A stretch of DNA of 63,863 bases, counting the filler, from Octopus bimaculoides (lineage: Eukaryota): the NCBI RefSeq assembly GCF_001194135.2. It is 8 parts of 8 records of this genome, joined end to end, with 100 filler letters (N's around TTAATTAATTAA, not from the genome) between each part and the next. Parts side by side here need not be neighbours in the genome. Positions count along the whole stretch, not along the records: positions 8,017 to 11,679 come from NW_026302307.1; positions 11,780 to 16,453 come from NW_026388985.1; positions 16,554 to 20,819 come from NC_068994.1; positions 20,920 to 24,336 come from NC_068988.1; 4 more parts are not named here. One strand, 5' to 3'. A program made the translations under genes and the position numbers. Within the stretch, counting starts at the first letter, position 1, and each line of letters opens with the position of its first letter. This document shows positions 9,981-23,195 of this stretch, one piece after another. Below the pieces are notes generated by a model. That model saw nothing but the letters and a program-made list of their open reading frames with translations, searched no databases and was not told the origin of the DNA.

Positions 9981-11779
9981 CTAAGCGAATAAATGTAATC
10001 AGCACAGCTTGTCTATCTGAGCTTTAGGTATGAACTACATCAAGGAAATAACATGGAATCCGTCTTTCAGTATGAAAAAAAAAATTACGACAAATCAAGT
10101 TGGCCATGTTATATCCTCACGTGATCCTCAGGCGAGACTCTCGATATTTCTCTTCATTAATAACGTAATCTGTTGTTGTTGTTTTTTTTTTCTTATTATT
10201 TTGCATTTATATATGTATTTTCATTTCATTTTATTATCTCTTTCTCTCTCTCTTCGACAAGTCGGTAGCAAGGAAATTACATTCTCGTATATAATTTCTG
10301 CGCTGATATATCAATTTATATATATATATATATATATNNNNNNNNNNNNNNNNNNNNNNNNNNNNNNNNNNNNNNNNNNNNNNNNNNNNNNNNNNNNNNN
10401 NNNNNNNNNNNNNNNNNNNNNNNNNNNNNNNNNNNNNNNNNNNNNNNNNNNNNNNNNNNNNNNNNNNNNNNNNNNNNNNNNNNNNNNNNNNNNNNNNNNN
10501 NNNNNNNNNNNNNNNNNNNNNNNNNNNNNNNNNNNNNNNNNNNNNNNNNNNNNNNNNNNNNNNNNNNNNNNNNNNNNNNNNNNNNNNNNNNNNNNNNNNN
10601 NNNNNNNNNNNNNNNNNNNNNNNNNNNNNNNNNNNNNNNNNNNNNNNNNNNNNNNNNNNNNNNNNNNNNNNNNNNNNNNNNNNNNNNNNNNNNNNNNNNN
10701 NNNNNNNNNNNNNNNNNNNNNNNNNNNNNNNNNNNNNNNNNNNNNNNNNNNNNNNNNNNNNNNNNNNNNNNNNNNNNNNNNNNNNNNNNNNNNNNNNNNN
10801 NNNNNNNNNNNNNNNNNNNNNNNNNNNNNNNNNNNNNNNNNNNNNNNNNNNNNNNNNNNNNNNNNNNNNNNNNNNNNNNNNNNNNNNNNNNNNNNNNNNN
10901 NNNNNNNNNNNNNNNNNNNNNNNNNNNNNNNNNNNNNNNNNNNNNNNNNNNNNNNNNNNNNNNNNNNNNNNNNNNNNNNNNNNNNNNNNNNNNNNNNNNN
11001 NNNNNNNNNNNNNNNNNNNNNNNNNNNNNNNNNNNNNNNNNNNNNNNNNNNNNNNNNNNNNNNNNNNNNNNNNNNNNNNNNNNNNNNNNNNNNNNNNNNN
11101 NNNNNNNNNNNNNNNNNNNNNNNNNNNNNNNNNNNNNNNNNNNNNNNNNNNNNNNNNNNNNNNNNNNNNNNNNNNNNNNNNNNNNNNNNNNNNNNNNNNN
11201 NNNNNNNATATATATATATATATATATAGTCGTGTTTGTAGGTATGTGTGTATATATGTATAGTCACATATATGTGATGACTAAGATGAAAGGTGTTCAG
11301 ATGCTGGAATACGCATAAAATAACTTCATACATACTTAGAAAGTACGTTCTTACATATAAAAATATATATAAACACACACACACACATATATATATACAT
11401 ACACATATATGTATATATATGCATATATACACATATATATATGTATAGATAGATAGATTATAGATATATATATTATGTATTATATATCATATATACATAC
11501 ATACGCAAATATGAATATATATTTGTATATATATGCGAGCGTATATATATATATACAGATTTAGATGTGTGTCTAAAGTTATAGACACACATCTTCATAT
11601 ACATATGTGTGTATAGGTGTATATATGTGTATGTGTGTATGCGTGTTTGTGTGTATGTATACATGTATATACATATATANNNNNNNNNNNNNNNNNNNNN
11701 NNNNNNNNNNNNNNNNNNNNNNNTTAATTAATTAANNNNNNNNNNNNNNNNNNNNNNNNNNNNNNNNNNNNNNNNNNNN

Positions 11780-11813
<34 letters not shown>

Positions 11814-11969
11814 AAGAGAGATAGAAAGGTAGACCGTTGTCACCATAGTAACTAACAGCACTTTCACTATGCAACAGTCTACTATTAAAAGAAGATCCGT
11901 GTATGGTTATCAAAGATTTATACCGGCGGCGTAGCGACGGATAAAAAGGGTTCATGTATATACTATTTT

Positions 11970-12040
11970 GTTAAAGCTAAAAAAAACATCTTCAGAAACT
12001 GTTACTCGTAGTTTCACGAGTTCGTGCCTCAGACACCTGC
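11970..12040 (-). ncRNA. Degenerate hammerhead-like motif, family 2
   Basis: aggugu-CUGAGGC-ACGA/AC/UCGU-GAAA-CUACGAG-UA-ACAGUU followed by ...gatgttttttttagctttaa, homologous to the 6425-6490 tail. Confidence 0.45.
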
Positions 12041-12049
12041 GATGGTATT

Positions 12050-12265
12050 CTTTTATTCTTTTACTTGTTTCTGTCATTTGACTACGGCCATGCTGGAGCA
12101 CCGCTTTTTAGTCGAAGAAATCGACCCCAGGACTTACTCTTTGTAAGCTTGGTAATTATTCTATTGGTTCATCTTGCTGAACTGCTAAGTTACAGAAGAC
12201 GTAAACACATCAACATCGGTTGTCATGTAATGGTGAGGGGGACAAACATAGACACAGAGACACAC
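12050..12265 (-). mobile_element. tRNA-derived SINE family A, 3' part
   Basis: Shares gtcatttgact.cggccatgctggagcaccgc...tcgaccccaggactta with copies at 20207, 23196 and 24103. Confidence 0.9.
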
Positions 12266-12395
12266 ACATAAATATATATATGTATGTATGTATGTATATA
12301 TATATGTGTGTGTGTGTATGGATGTATGTATGTATATGCGGGTTTGTGAGCATATATATATATATATACATATGTATGTATGTATGTATGTATGT

Positions 12396-12396
<1 letters not shown>

Positions 12397-12458
<62 letters not shown>

Positions 12459-12459
12459 T

Positions 12460-12504
<45 letters not shown>
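12397..12504. repeat. (TAGA)n microsatellite
   Basis: Direct read. Confidence 0.97.
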
Positions 12505-12505
<1 letters not shown>

Positions 12506-13641
12506 GTGTGTTTGTGTTTGTGCGAGTGTATATCTATGTATGTGAGTGTAAATGTTTCTATTTGTGTCTGTGCATGTTTCAGTTTAATCCGATGTTGTAT
12601 AAAAATAGACGTGAGAAGGGCATTCAATGAACTATAGATACATAAAAATGAAAAGCAAAATAAGCGCCAAGCTGAATTTAATAACGAAGTGGGTGTCGAT
12701 AAAATCTATTAAAAACTTGTGAATGTGATGCTCCAGCTTGGCACTGATGCCATAGATAAAATCACTGAAACAATACAAGAACAACACATCGATTAAGATG
12801 AATGCATTATTAACTCCATATGTGTAATCCAACCAATATGTTTTTATGTACGTTTACAGAGATTTGACTTTTTATATATATATTTAGATACACACACACA
12901 CACATTTATGTATGCATACACATATACATCTATGTATTATTTATATGTATACACACACGCATATATNNNNNNNNNNNNNNNNNNNNNNNNNNNNNNNNNN
13001 NNNNNNNNNNNNNNNNNNNNNNNNNNNNNNNNNNNNNNNNNNNNNNNNNNNNNNNNNNNNNNNNNNNNNNNNNNNNNNNNNNNNNNNNNNNNNNNNNNNN
13101 NNNNNNNNNNNNNNNNNNNNNNNNNNNNNNNNNNNNNNNNNNNNNNNNNNNNNNNNNNNNNNNNNNNNNNNNNNNNNNNNNNNNNNNNNNNNNNNNNNNN
13201 NNNNNNNNNNNNNNNNNNNNNNNNNNNNNNNNNNNNNNNNNNNNNNNNNNNNNNNNNNNNNNNNNNNNNNNNNNNNNNNNNNNNNNNNNNNNNNNNNNNN
13301 NNNNNNNNNNNNNNNNNNNNNNNNNNNNNNNNNNNNNNNNNNNNNNNNNNNNNNNNNNNNNNNNNNNNNNNNNNNNNNNNNNNNNNNNNNNNNNNNNNNN
13401 NNNNNNNNNNNNNNNNNNNNNNNNNNNNNNNNNNNNNNNNNNNNNNNNNNNNNNNNNNNNNNNNNNNNNNNNNNNNNNNNNNNNNNNNNNNNNNNNNNNN
13501 NNNNNNNNNNNNNNNNNNNNNNNNNNNNNNNNNNNNNNNNNNNNNNNNNNNNNNNNNNNNNNNNNNNNNNNNNNNNNNNNNNNNNNNNNNNNNNNNNNNN
13601 NNNNNNNNNNNNNNNNNNNNNNNNNNNNNNNNNNNNNNNNN

Positions 13642-13698
<57 letters not shown>

Positions 13699-13869
13699 CG
13701 TGTGTGTGTAACCGCAGGAATAGATGAATGGTCAGGATGCTCGCTTCCCAACCACTTTTTTTGTATGTTGATCCTTAGATTGCTTTCGTTTGTCTAAATT
13801 CTAGCATCCTTTGACTTCCAACTGTGTTTAGACAATGCTTGGAATTTTTCTGGTAACAGTGGCTGTACG

Positions 13870-14110
13870 AACTATTGTATAATTGCCGATGGCTTACGAA
13901 AATATTTTATACGAGACCAGCTTAGCAGGTAAAGGTGGTGTTGTATGATATGTCTGCACGGCATAGAATGTACATTGTGGATACTTGCTCTTCAGGGGGC
14001 AGGCCTCTATATTCAGACAATTACATGCAGATTTTTCTTGGAACTCGCATTCTGGATCTGTATGATTCTGAGCAAGATTGTCATACAACTGAAGCTTATC
14101 TTTACACTTT
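13870..14110 (-). mobile_element. Penelope-like element fragment (linker before GIY-YIG)
   Basis: KSACNCLNIEACPLKSK matches the PLE CNC-x5-CPL motif. Confidence 0.6.
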
Positions 14111-14307
14111 TCCTTTTGAACAGTTAGTTACTGATAAAAATCAGAGAAATATTTTGTCATATATGTGTTTAAGGGTTGTTTTACATTGGTATTATCTGCT
14201 GATTTATACCATTTACAGTTCCTCTTTTTCCCGTCTGTTTGGGCTAATTGTTTCATTTTTGGTATTTATTTAATATCCCTCCAGATAATTCGATGCGTTC
14301 GATGCGT

Positions 14308-14368
14308 TCGACTAAAGGCGGTGCTCCAGCACGGCCACAGTCAAATGACTGAAACGAATAAAAGAATT
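14308..14368 (+). mobile_element. SINE family A 3' stub
   Basis: cgactaaaggcggtgctccagca.ggcc.cagtcaaatgactgaaac, as in 23600-23650. Confidence 0.85.
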
Positions 14369-14383
14369 GTTCACGGTGTTTGC

Positions 14384-14414
<31 letters not shown>

Positions 14415-14529
14415 GTTGTTTTTTTTTTTCTTTTGAACGGTTCGTACAACCTGAAGTTACGATTGTATTTCTATTCTTGATAACACAATATATATTTCTG
14501 CTGCCTTCTTTGTAGCGTTTTGCTATGCT

Positions 14530-14750
14530 TGGTAGTAGTAAATATCCGTCGGTCCCGAGAGGCCATGGATCTGCGCCCGAAGAAATCGTGTCAGCTGCTG
14601 ATGGTGGTGCAGCATCTGTCGTGGCTGTACAGACCCACACGGGAGTGGATGGCAATCACGTATGCAGCGACTGCATTTGAAGGAGCTCTCTGCCGGTGCT
14701 GCAGGTTTTTTCCTTCCGTCGGGGGCACTTTTCTATGGTGACGAGATCCT
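14530..14750 (-). mobile_element. RTE-type LINE 3' end with C-terminal zinc knuckle
   Basis: RKKPAAPAESSFKCSRCIRDCH/SRVGLYSHDRCC* then a short 3' UTR and (TAC)n tail. Confidence 0.75.
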
Positions 14751-15093
14751 GTTTTCTTCTCCTCGCTTTATAATAAATCGATGCATTAATAGCTGGAGGG
14801 GACAGCGTATTTCATTTTGCAACCATAACATACTACCACGGATATTAAAAGTTTGCAAGCCACTACTATGCCCTACTTTGTGTGTTAGAAGTGCGTTATT
14901 TTCATTTTTAAAATGTATCTCTACAGATTTTCTATAGAATTTCGAGCCAGCAATGAAAATTGCGACGTTTCGTAACAAGTACGTCAATGTAAACAATGAG
15001 ATTGAAGATTTAAAAAATATATCATGTATACAGATCCCTTGAATTACCTGGGAATATAAATATGCTTCGAATACATAAGGGCCTTTAACTTAC

Positions 15094-15206
15094 GATTACT
15101 TCTAACACCCAAGGTCCTGTTACTAAATTCTGCATTTTATTTTGTATTAAACTTAGCAGGTCATTTTCCAAGGACGCCAAAGACACGTGCTGTGTAGCGG
15201 GCGTTT
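15094..15206 (-). CDS. Internal coding exon of unidentified host gene (TPATQHVSLASLENDLLSLIQNKMQNLVTGPWVLEVI)
   Basis: Acceptor ttgtcgtgtttcaattgcag, donor ATC|gtaagtt, only one frame open over 113 nt (phase 1 to 0), compatible with both neighbouring exons. Confidence 0.65.
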
Positions 15207-15785
15207 CTGCAATTGAAACACGACAATATAAGTTTTGTGATTGATTTTGTCGTCTACTGGAGAAACAGTTAGTGATTCAGTAAATATTGTTTGACCGATT
15301 ACTAGTTTACTTTACGCATGTAAACTAATAACAATAGAGTATAAACCACCAACTGTTTCCCAATAAATACAAATAGCGCTTCTTTTATTGAGGGTACATC
15401 ACTTCAGTTTGTAAACATGTGTATATGTTCATATATGTAATGTATTTGTGTATAAAAAATATAGGTAAATTGCGCTCATCGACGCACCGGTTGCATGCAA
15501 ATGTAAACAAGCATTTCATATGATATATCGTCATTAGTGCAAACATAAAACACAGCACTTAGACGTCATGCAAAACACCTGTCAATAACTACGAAGTCTG
15601 GGATGACGACAAACACATACACACGCGCACACACGCATGCATACACATACACATATGTTTATACATATGTGTATAAATGTCTACATAACTGCAAGCATAC
15701 GTGTACATATATGCGTATACAGATCCACACACACACACAAACAAACACACACACAAACAAACACACACACATTCACTCAATATGA

Positions 15786-15817
<32 letters not shown>

Positions 15818-15932
15818 GTATATATATTTATACACACACATAATACTTTCATATAAGTGTGTGTTTGTGTGTGTGTGTATGTGTGTGTGTGTGTGTGTGT
15901 ACGTAAATATACATACACATACATGTGTTTAT

Positions 15933-15971
<39 letters not shown>

Positions 15972-16421
15972 TACGCATACATTATATATAATTTTATACA
16001 TACGCTACATGCATTTATATAGTTTATATGTAAATATTTATATAGTATATTTGTATGAATGTATGTATGTATGTATGTATGTATGTATGCATGTATGTAT
16101 GTATGTATGTATGCATGCATATATGCATGTATATATGAAGAGAGAGGGAGAGAGAGGTGGGGGAGAAACAGAATGATAGAATGATTACCTGACATTACGT
16201 ACTTACGTACTTAGCCCATTACGTACTTATCACGTATTCAGACACCAACTCATTTACACATATTTTTGTGGTGTTTTGCGACATTTTTTTTCCCAACGAA
16301 ATGAGGTGGGTGGATGAGAGAAAATGGTGGGGAGTATTTCTCATACATCATTTAATTATTTCACTATTTGTACCGGAGACGTTCACATTTAGTCATCACG
16401 ACATATTCGTTCCCATCACAC

Positions 16422-16453
<32 letters not shown>

Positions 16454-16553
16454 NNNNNNNNNNNNNNNNNNNNNNNNNNNNNNNNNNNNNNNNNNNNTTA
16501 ATTAATTAANNNNNNNNNNNNNNNNNNNNNNNNNNNNNNNNNNNNNNNNNNNN

Positions 16554-16704
<151 letters not shown>

Positions 16705-16939
16705 ATCCTTTCTACTATAGGCACAATGCTTTACACACAATAAAAGCAGTAACACAACAAAAGACTGCACCATACCTCAAGAGAAAAAAAACTAACACAG
16801 TACAGTACCGGGAAGAGTCTGCTCACTCTCAACAGCAGAAAAGAATACACAATGCTGCACCCCCACTCCAGCAACATGGAGGTGTAGTAGGTGATGCAGT
16901 AGAAATTTACCTCAATCAACCAAATATTGAGTAGTTATA

Positions 16940-18155
16940 TAAGGATAATAAGCCTCTACATGGACAGTATATACTTCGAAGTAGAAACGCTGATGTAGAC
17001 CAAGCAACAACTCATCAGTGGCTAAGAAACTCAGGACTGAAAGTAGAGACTGAAGGTTTTATATTAGCAGTACAAGATCAATGCTTGCTTACAAAAAACT
17101 ACCAGGTAAACGTTCTTCAAAACGGTTCTGACCCTAAATGCAGCTTCTGCGACACATTTGACAAAACAATAGACCATCTTAGGATGTCCTGTGCTGACAC
17201 CAAACGAATACAAAAATCTTTACGATATGGTAGGACAGTATATACATTGGAAAATATGTAAACACTACAAAATCAGCATTCCTGCTTACTGGAATGAACA
17301 TCCTGAGCCAGTTGTTGAAGGTAAGAGTGTCACTGTCCTCTGGGATTTTCGAGTCAAAACTGACAGAACGATGCAGGTTAATCGACCAGACACAATTATT
17401 AAAGACAGGAAGAAAACACTTGTAGACTTATAGATGTAGGTGTTCCCACTGATAAAAATATATCTGTAAAGGAATTCAACAAATTAAATAAATATAAAGA
17501 CCTCGAAATTGAAATACAAAAGATGTGGCATCGTAAAGGCAGAACTGTTCCTGTTATTGTAGGTGCCCTCGGTATGATAAAAAAAAGGGATGTCAGAAAC
17601 ATCTAGATAAGATGTCAGGAGAACCATGTCCTAGAGAAATCCAAAGGATTGTGCTGACAAGTACTGCCCACATCCTTAGAAAAACCTTATCCATTTAAAT
17701 GTCTGTGTTGTGTTACATGAAGATATTTCGCTACTACCCCTGCCACTTCTCTCCAAGCTTTCAATCATACTGTAACATCTCTTATCCTTCACTCGCTGTA
17801 AGACGCTGAACGTGTCTCGGCAAGTGATTGTAGCAAACATGCAAATTAAAAGTAAATAATAAGAAAAAGAATTGGATTTGACGTGAGGGCATAGAAATTG
17901 GAATTGACATGAGGGCAGAGCTGGCCAAAGATAATCCGTTCTATTGGGGACAGCTAGGATTTTGAGATTGGTGCTTGGGTATTGAGTGTCTTTCACCATA
18001 AGTTAACATCCAGGCACCAAAGCCTGTAATTTGCTGAAAGAGACCCTTTGAGACCTGTGACAACAGGTTGCTGTCCGTTTTCACAGAATCAACCTGAGCA
18101 AGTAAGGCCGAGAGCTCTGAGAAGTAAAATAACAACAATGATTATAATAATAATA
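16940..18155 (+). mobile_element. 5'-truncated R4/Dong-like LINE: CCHC zinc finger, REL endonuclease and 3' UTR
   Basis: KPLHGQY..HQWLRNSGLKVETEGFILAVQDQ..CSFC..DHL..C..IHWKICKHY..LWDF..NRPD..DVGVPTD..KYKDLEIEIQKMW; stop at 17696-17698; ends in (AAT)n. Confidence 0.92.
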
Positions 18156-18159
18156 ATCT

Positions 18160-18325
18160 TTTCTATCATAGGCACAATACCTGAGATTTTGAGGAGGGGT
18201 TAGTCGATTATATCGACTTCAGCGTTCAACTGGTACTTATTTTATCAACCACTAAAGAATGAAAGGTAAAGACGCCACGGCGGAATTTGAACTCAAAACA
18301 TGAAGACAGAGGAAATGACAGTAAT
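18160..18325 (-). mobile_element. SINE family B
   Basis: 3' end gtgcctatgatagaaaag abutting (ATT)n; B-box-like gagttcaaattcc. Confidence 0.8.
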
Positions 18326-18829
18326 TCTGAAGGATAGGGCAAGTCGCTTACATCAGCTTCAGTATCTGGATGATAATTTATTTTATCTACATAACCGTCT
18401 AACAAATTATGATAAGCCAAACGGCTAGCGTAACGAAAACTCTATTTCTTCGATAACTTGTGATTTGTCAAAGTTCCTATCCTAATTGGCCACAAACGTT
18501 AATGAACGATATATTTTAGGCCTTTCCAAAACAAACAAAAAAACACTGTTGCTTGATCCAGACCGATTAAAAGAGGCTTACATCTCGTAGTCGTTCCGAA
18601 TAGGGAGTAGCGAATATCTCTCTATAATCCTGGTCTCGCTAATGGCTCCGCATCCAGACGTAGTGACCTGAGATCGTTAAGCACCTGTCTCTGCTTTCAT
18701 GCTAAGTCAAGGCACCGTACTTTTATGTATACTGCCTATTATCAGTATTACCGTTCCAAGAGAAAGTGAAGAGACTAAAGTAAAATGGAATTGAGCACTT
18801 ACGCTCCTTTCATGTTAATCTTTATTCGG

Positions 18830-19070
18830 GGCAGACGTCAACTTCGCCGTTCATCCAAGCGGATTCGATAAAACTAAATACGAGTTTGGTACTGGGGTCG
18901 ATGTTATCGACTAACATCCAGCCCCTCAAAACTTCAGGTCTTGTTCCTAAATCAGAAACTATCATTTAGGCGGTCAGCTGCAAGAGCCACTGGAGCGTGA
19001 GAAAAATGCCTTGTGGTATTTATGCTCTGAGTTGAAATCCAGTCAATTTTAACTTCACGTTTTATCCTTT
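18830..19070 (+). mobile_element. SINE family B, old copy plus an adjacent head remnant
   Basis: tactggggtcgatgttatcgact...cccctcaaaacttcagg.cttgt.cct is homologous to 18160-18325. Confidence 0.6.
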
Positions 19071-20206
19071 GCCACGATGTGTAGAAAGATTAACTGTAGA
19101 GTAATGTAGAGTAAAACTAATTGCCATGAGATGAAGGCACATTAATGTTTGTGGAATTTTGAGTAAAATCAATTGAGTAAAGGGTAGAAAGTTTCTCGCC
19201 GTGAAGTGCAGGAAACTTAATGTTTGTAAAATGTTAAATCAATTCCTCTGAGGCGTAAATAGTTTAATGTTTCAACCTCTTACCCTTCGTTAGAAAGCAG
19301 AAGACAGAAGAGTTGTTTACCTTGCCGAAAGTAATGGCTCTTTGACTGTGACTTTTTTATTAGGCCGAAAGCAACGACTCTTTCACTGTAATCTTTTTAT
19401 CAGAGTACATCTGTAGTATTACAGGTAACGGGCCCAAAAGCCCATTTTTGGAAGGATTATCACTGAAAACTTCGTCTCAATATCTTGTTACTGGGATGAG
19501 TCCGTCTGGCTTAGTATACACCTGTCCCTCAGAGGTGTTGAACTCAACATTTTAATCAAACAAATTCCCATAAATCATACAGTAGTGCCGCGGCATACAT
19601 TAACTGTTCATACCCCATGTTTACGAGTAGTTGAACTTGCTTACAAGTAATTGTTTATGAGTAGTTGTTTACGAGTAGTTGAACTTGGCCATTAGAGAGA
19701 GAGAGCAAAGTTTGCAAAGCTTCTTGAACACAAGAACAAGAAAAAAGTGGTTGGACGGAACTATATGAAAGTAAGGAATCTTTACTACATACACAAACTA
19801 ATGTCAGTTATGTAGCACATAAATGGTTTAATCATCTTCGTTATTACACTATATTGCCATCGGATGATATTCAGAACAGAATGTGATTTACTTGAAACAA
19901 TATTCTTAATACTTGTTTTGTTCTTTTTCTCATTTTTATCAGATAACTTTGAAGAGAGAAACGGTGGAATACAATTTTCACTCTGGCTGCTGTGATGTAC
20001 ATGACATCACGTTATTTGAATGGCGTTGTGGTAAGAATTTTGCTCAGTATAAATCTAAATATATTTAAAAGAAAATTAACTTTGCAGGTTCCGGGCTTGC
20101 CTTTTTCCTGATGCATGTATGTATGTACGTATATATGCATGCATGCATGCATATGTTTATGTGTATATATGTACGTATACAAATATGCATACACATACTC
20201 TTTTAC

Positions 20207-20365
20207 TCGAGCAAATCGACCCCAGGACTTATTCTTTGGAAGCCTAGTACTTATTCTATCGGTCTCTTTTGCCGAACCGCTAAGTTAAGGGGACGTAAAC
20301 ACACCAGCATCGGTTGTCAAGCGATGCTGGGGGGACAAACACAGATACACAAAGAAATACACACT

Positions 20366-20402
<37 letters not shown>

Positions 20403-20550
20403 GACAAGCTTCTTTCAGTTTCCGTCTACCAAATCCACTCACAAGGCTTTGGTCGGCCCGAGGCTATAGTAAAAGACACTTACCCAAGGTGCCACGCAGT
20501 GGGAATAAACCCGGAACCATGTAATTGGTAAGCAAGCTACTTACCACACA
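20207..20550 (-). mobile_element. SINE family A, near-complete
   Basis: tRNA-like head (tgtgtggtaagtagcttgct..catggttccgggtt), CORE-like ccttgggtaagtgtc, internal (TA)n and shared tail. Confidence 0.92.
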
Positions 20551-20557
20551 AAAGTAA

Positions 20558-20787
20558 AGACCCCTTTCGGTCATGAATGACCATGGGATTGCACATAGAA
20601 AGTTCCCTCCGAGGCACAAGTCCGGGCATGGTTGTTTATGGAAGACCAGCAGTCACCCATACATACCAGTCTCCCCTCTCCACGCCACCGATGTTATCCA
20701 AGACAAAGGCAGATGCAGCTTAACACCAGTGACGTCGTAACTCATTTCTGCAGCTGAGTGAACTGAAGCAGCGTGAAATAAAGCGTC

Positions 20788-20790
<3 letters not shown>
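20558..20790 (-). mobile_element. SINE with a CORE-like central domain and a distinct tail
   Basis: caagacgctttatttcacgctgcttcagttcactcagctg is shared with 30062-30305. Confidence 0.65.
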
Positions 20791-20819
<29 letters not shown>

Positions 20820-20919
20820 NNNNNNNNNNNNNNNNNNNNNNNNNNNNNNNNNNNNNNNNNNNNTTAATTAATTAANNNNNNNNNNNNNNNNNNNNNNNNN
20901 NNNNNNNNNNNNNNNNNNN

Positions 20920-21237
20920 TGTATGTGTGTGTAAATGTATGTATCTATGTATGTGTGTGTACGTATGTGTGTATGCGTATGCGTGTATGTGTGTATGTAT
21001 GTGTGAATGTGTATGTATCTATGTATGTGTGTGTACGTATGTGTGTATGCGTATGCGTGTATGTACGTATGTATGTGTGTATGTATCTATGTATGTGTGT
21101 GTACATATGTGTGAATGCTTATGGATGTATGTATGTATGTATGTATGTATGTTTGTTTGTATGTATGTATTTATGTATGTATGTATGTATGTATGTATGC
21201 ATGCATGTATGTATGTATGCATGCATGTATGTATGTC
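20920..21237. repeat. (TATG)n/(TG)n mixed microsatellite
   Basis: Direct read. Confidence 0.95.
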
Positions 21238-21372
21238 TAAGGAAGAATTCTATGAGTGCAAGCAACATCGTGAATATTGCTTGAAGGACTGTAGCAGAAT
21301 AGACAGGGTGTTAAGAGGTGAAAACGAGCTTGAGTATGTGTGTGTGTGTGCTTGAGTGAAAGACAAGAGAAG

Positions 21373-21403
<31 letters not shown>

Positions 21404-22072
21404 AGAGAAATGAACTAGAGAACGATAGAGAGAAAGAGACAAAGAGAGAGAGAGAGAGGGTTAGGGTTAGGGAGCAAATACGGAGCGGTGCGGTCAGAGT
21501 TGAAGGAGATATTGTCACGGAAGGAGATGGCGATGGAAGTGAGGGGGGTATGGGGGCAGGGGGATATNNNNNNNNNNNNNNNNNNNNNNNNNNNNNNNNN
21601 NNNNNNNNNNNNNNNNNNNNNNNNNNNNNNNNNNNNNNNNNNNNNNNNNNNNNNNNNNNNNNNNNNNNNNNNNNNNNNNNNNNNNNNNNNNNNNNNNNNN
21701 NNNNNNNNNNNNNNNNNNNNNNNNNNNNNNNNNNNNNNNNNNNNNNNNNNNNNNNNNNNNNNNNNNNNNNNNNNNNNNNNNNNNNNNNNNNNNNNNNNNN
21801 NNNNNNNNNNNNNNNNNNNNNNNNNNNNNNNNNNNNNNNNNNNNNNNNNNNNNNNNNNNNNNNNNNNNNNNNNNNNNNNNNNNNNNNNNNNNNNNNNNNN
21901 NNNNNNNNNNNNNNNNNNNNNNNNNNNNNNNNNNNNNNNNNNNNNNNNNNNNNNNNNNNNNNNNNNNNNNNNNNNNNNNNNNNNNNNNNNNNNNNNNNNN
22001 NNNNNNNNNNNNNNNNNNNNNNNNNNNNNNNNNNNNNNNNNNNNNNNNNNNNNNNNNNNNNNNNNNNNNNNN

Positions 22073-22110
<38 letters not shown>

Positions 22111-22431
22111 CATGTATATACATAAATACATGCGTGTGTGTATATATATATATACACACACACATGTATTTATGTATATATATACATACACATGCATATA
22201 CACACATATATATACATATATATACATATGTCCATATATAATATATATATAATATGCATTGAAACATACATATATATACATACACACGTGCACACACGTG
22301 CACACGCATTCACGCACATGCATACACACATACATACACACCTACACACACACACACCGAGTGGAAGATATATGCATAAGATCTATCAAAAGGAACATAA
22401 GCTCTTCTTGAACCGGTTCACTTGTTTGCCA

Positions 22432-22473
<42 letters not shown>

Positions 22474-23195
22474 GACAGTTTCTACAATAGGCTTTTACAA
22501 TTGCAACTGATGCAGCTTCGTGGTGGTCGTCGTGATGATGGTGATGGTGATAGTGACGGTGAAAGACCGGGTGGTCTTTGCCAGATTGATATTGAATAGA
22601 GACCAACAGTGCATACGTTGTTCCTGTCAAACTTGGGACTTATGCATTGATCTGACACACATACACACACCTATACACACACATACCGTCATACATTCGT
22701 ATACACACGTACAGAGCAATAATGGTGCGACAGTTCCTTCAAAACTTTCACCAAGTGCTAGCATACGTAACAAGCTCGCTATTGTTCTTTGGGACAGAAA
22801 TTATATACATCATGTACCGCCAGAGAGATTAGCTGTCCTGCAAATGTGAACAATTCTTCCGAAATCAGTGGAAAGAAAATATTCACGCACAACGGTTCCA
22901 ATATCTATAGCTTCACTGTCCAGATTTTGAATTTACATTTAAAGCTATCAATGCATTTGGTTTTAATCGTAAATATCGAACGACAACCTGCAAAGGGTGA
23001 GCTTTTCAGGTAACGAATATGACCAGTTAACACGCATTTTACAAGGGTGATATTTAAGCGGAACAATGAAAATATTTAGTATTATTCTAGATTTCAATTT
23101 TTAATAAGACAATACTAATCGCTGTTGCTACCTTCTGTTTAATATAAAATAATTTCTTAAGTAATTATACTAAATTCATACATATTCATACAAAT

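Noticed and set aside
14514-14680. Apparent + strand terminal exon RFAMLGSSKYPSVPRGHG...HVCSDCI* with a good acceptor and downstream AATAAA
   Set aside because: The minus strand is a recognisable RTE 3' end (zinc knuckle, 3' UTR, TAC tail), which explains the open frame and GC content.
18582-18667. Minus-strand open segment VTTSGCGAISETRIIERYSLLPIRNDYE with a gtaagc donor
   Set aside because: Weak acceptor, and phase incompatible with the neighbouring exons.
19404-19424. 21-nt + strand microexon-like unit
   Set aside because: No other + strand exons found to connect it to.
22766-22837. Minus-strand acceptor and donor pair (ttcacatttgcag ... gtatgc)
   Set aside because: All three frames contain stops.
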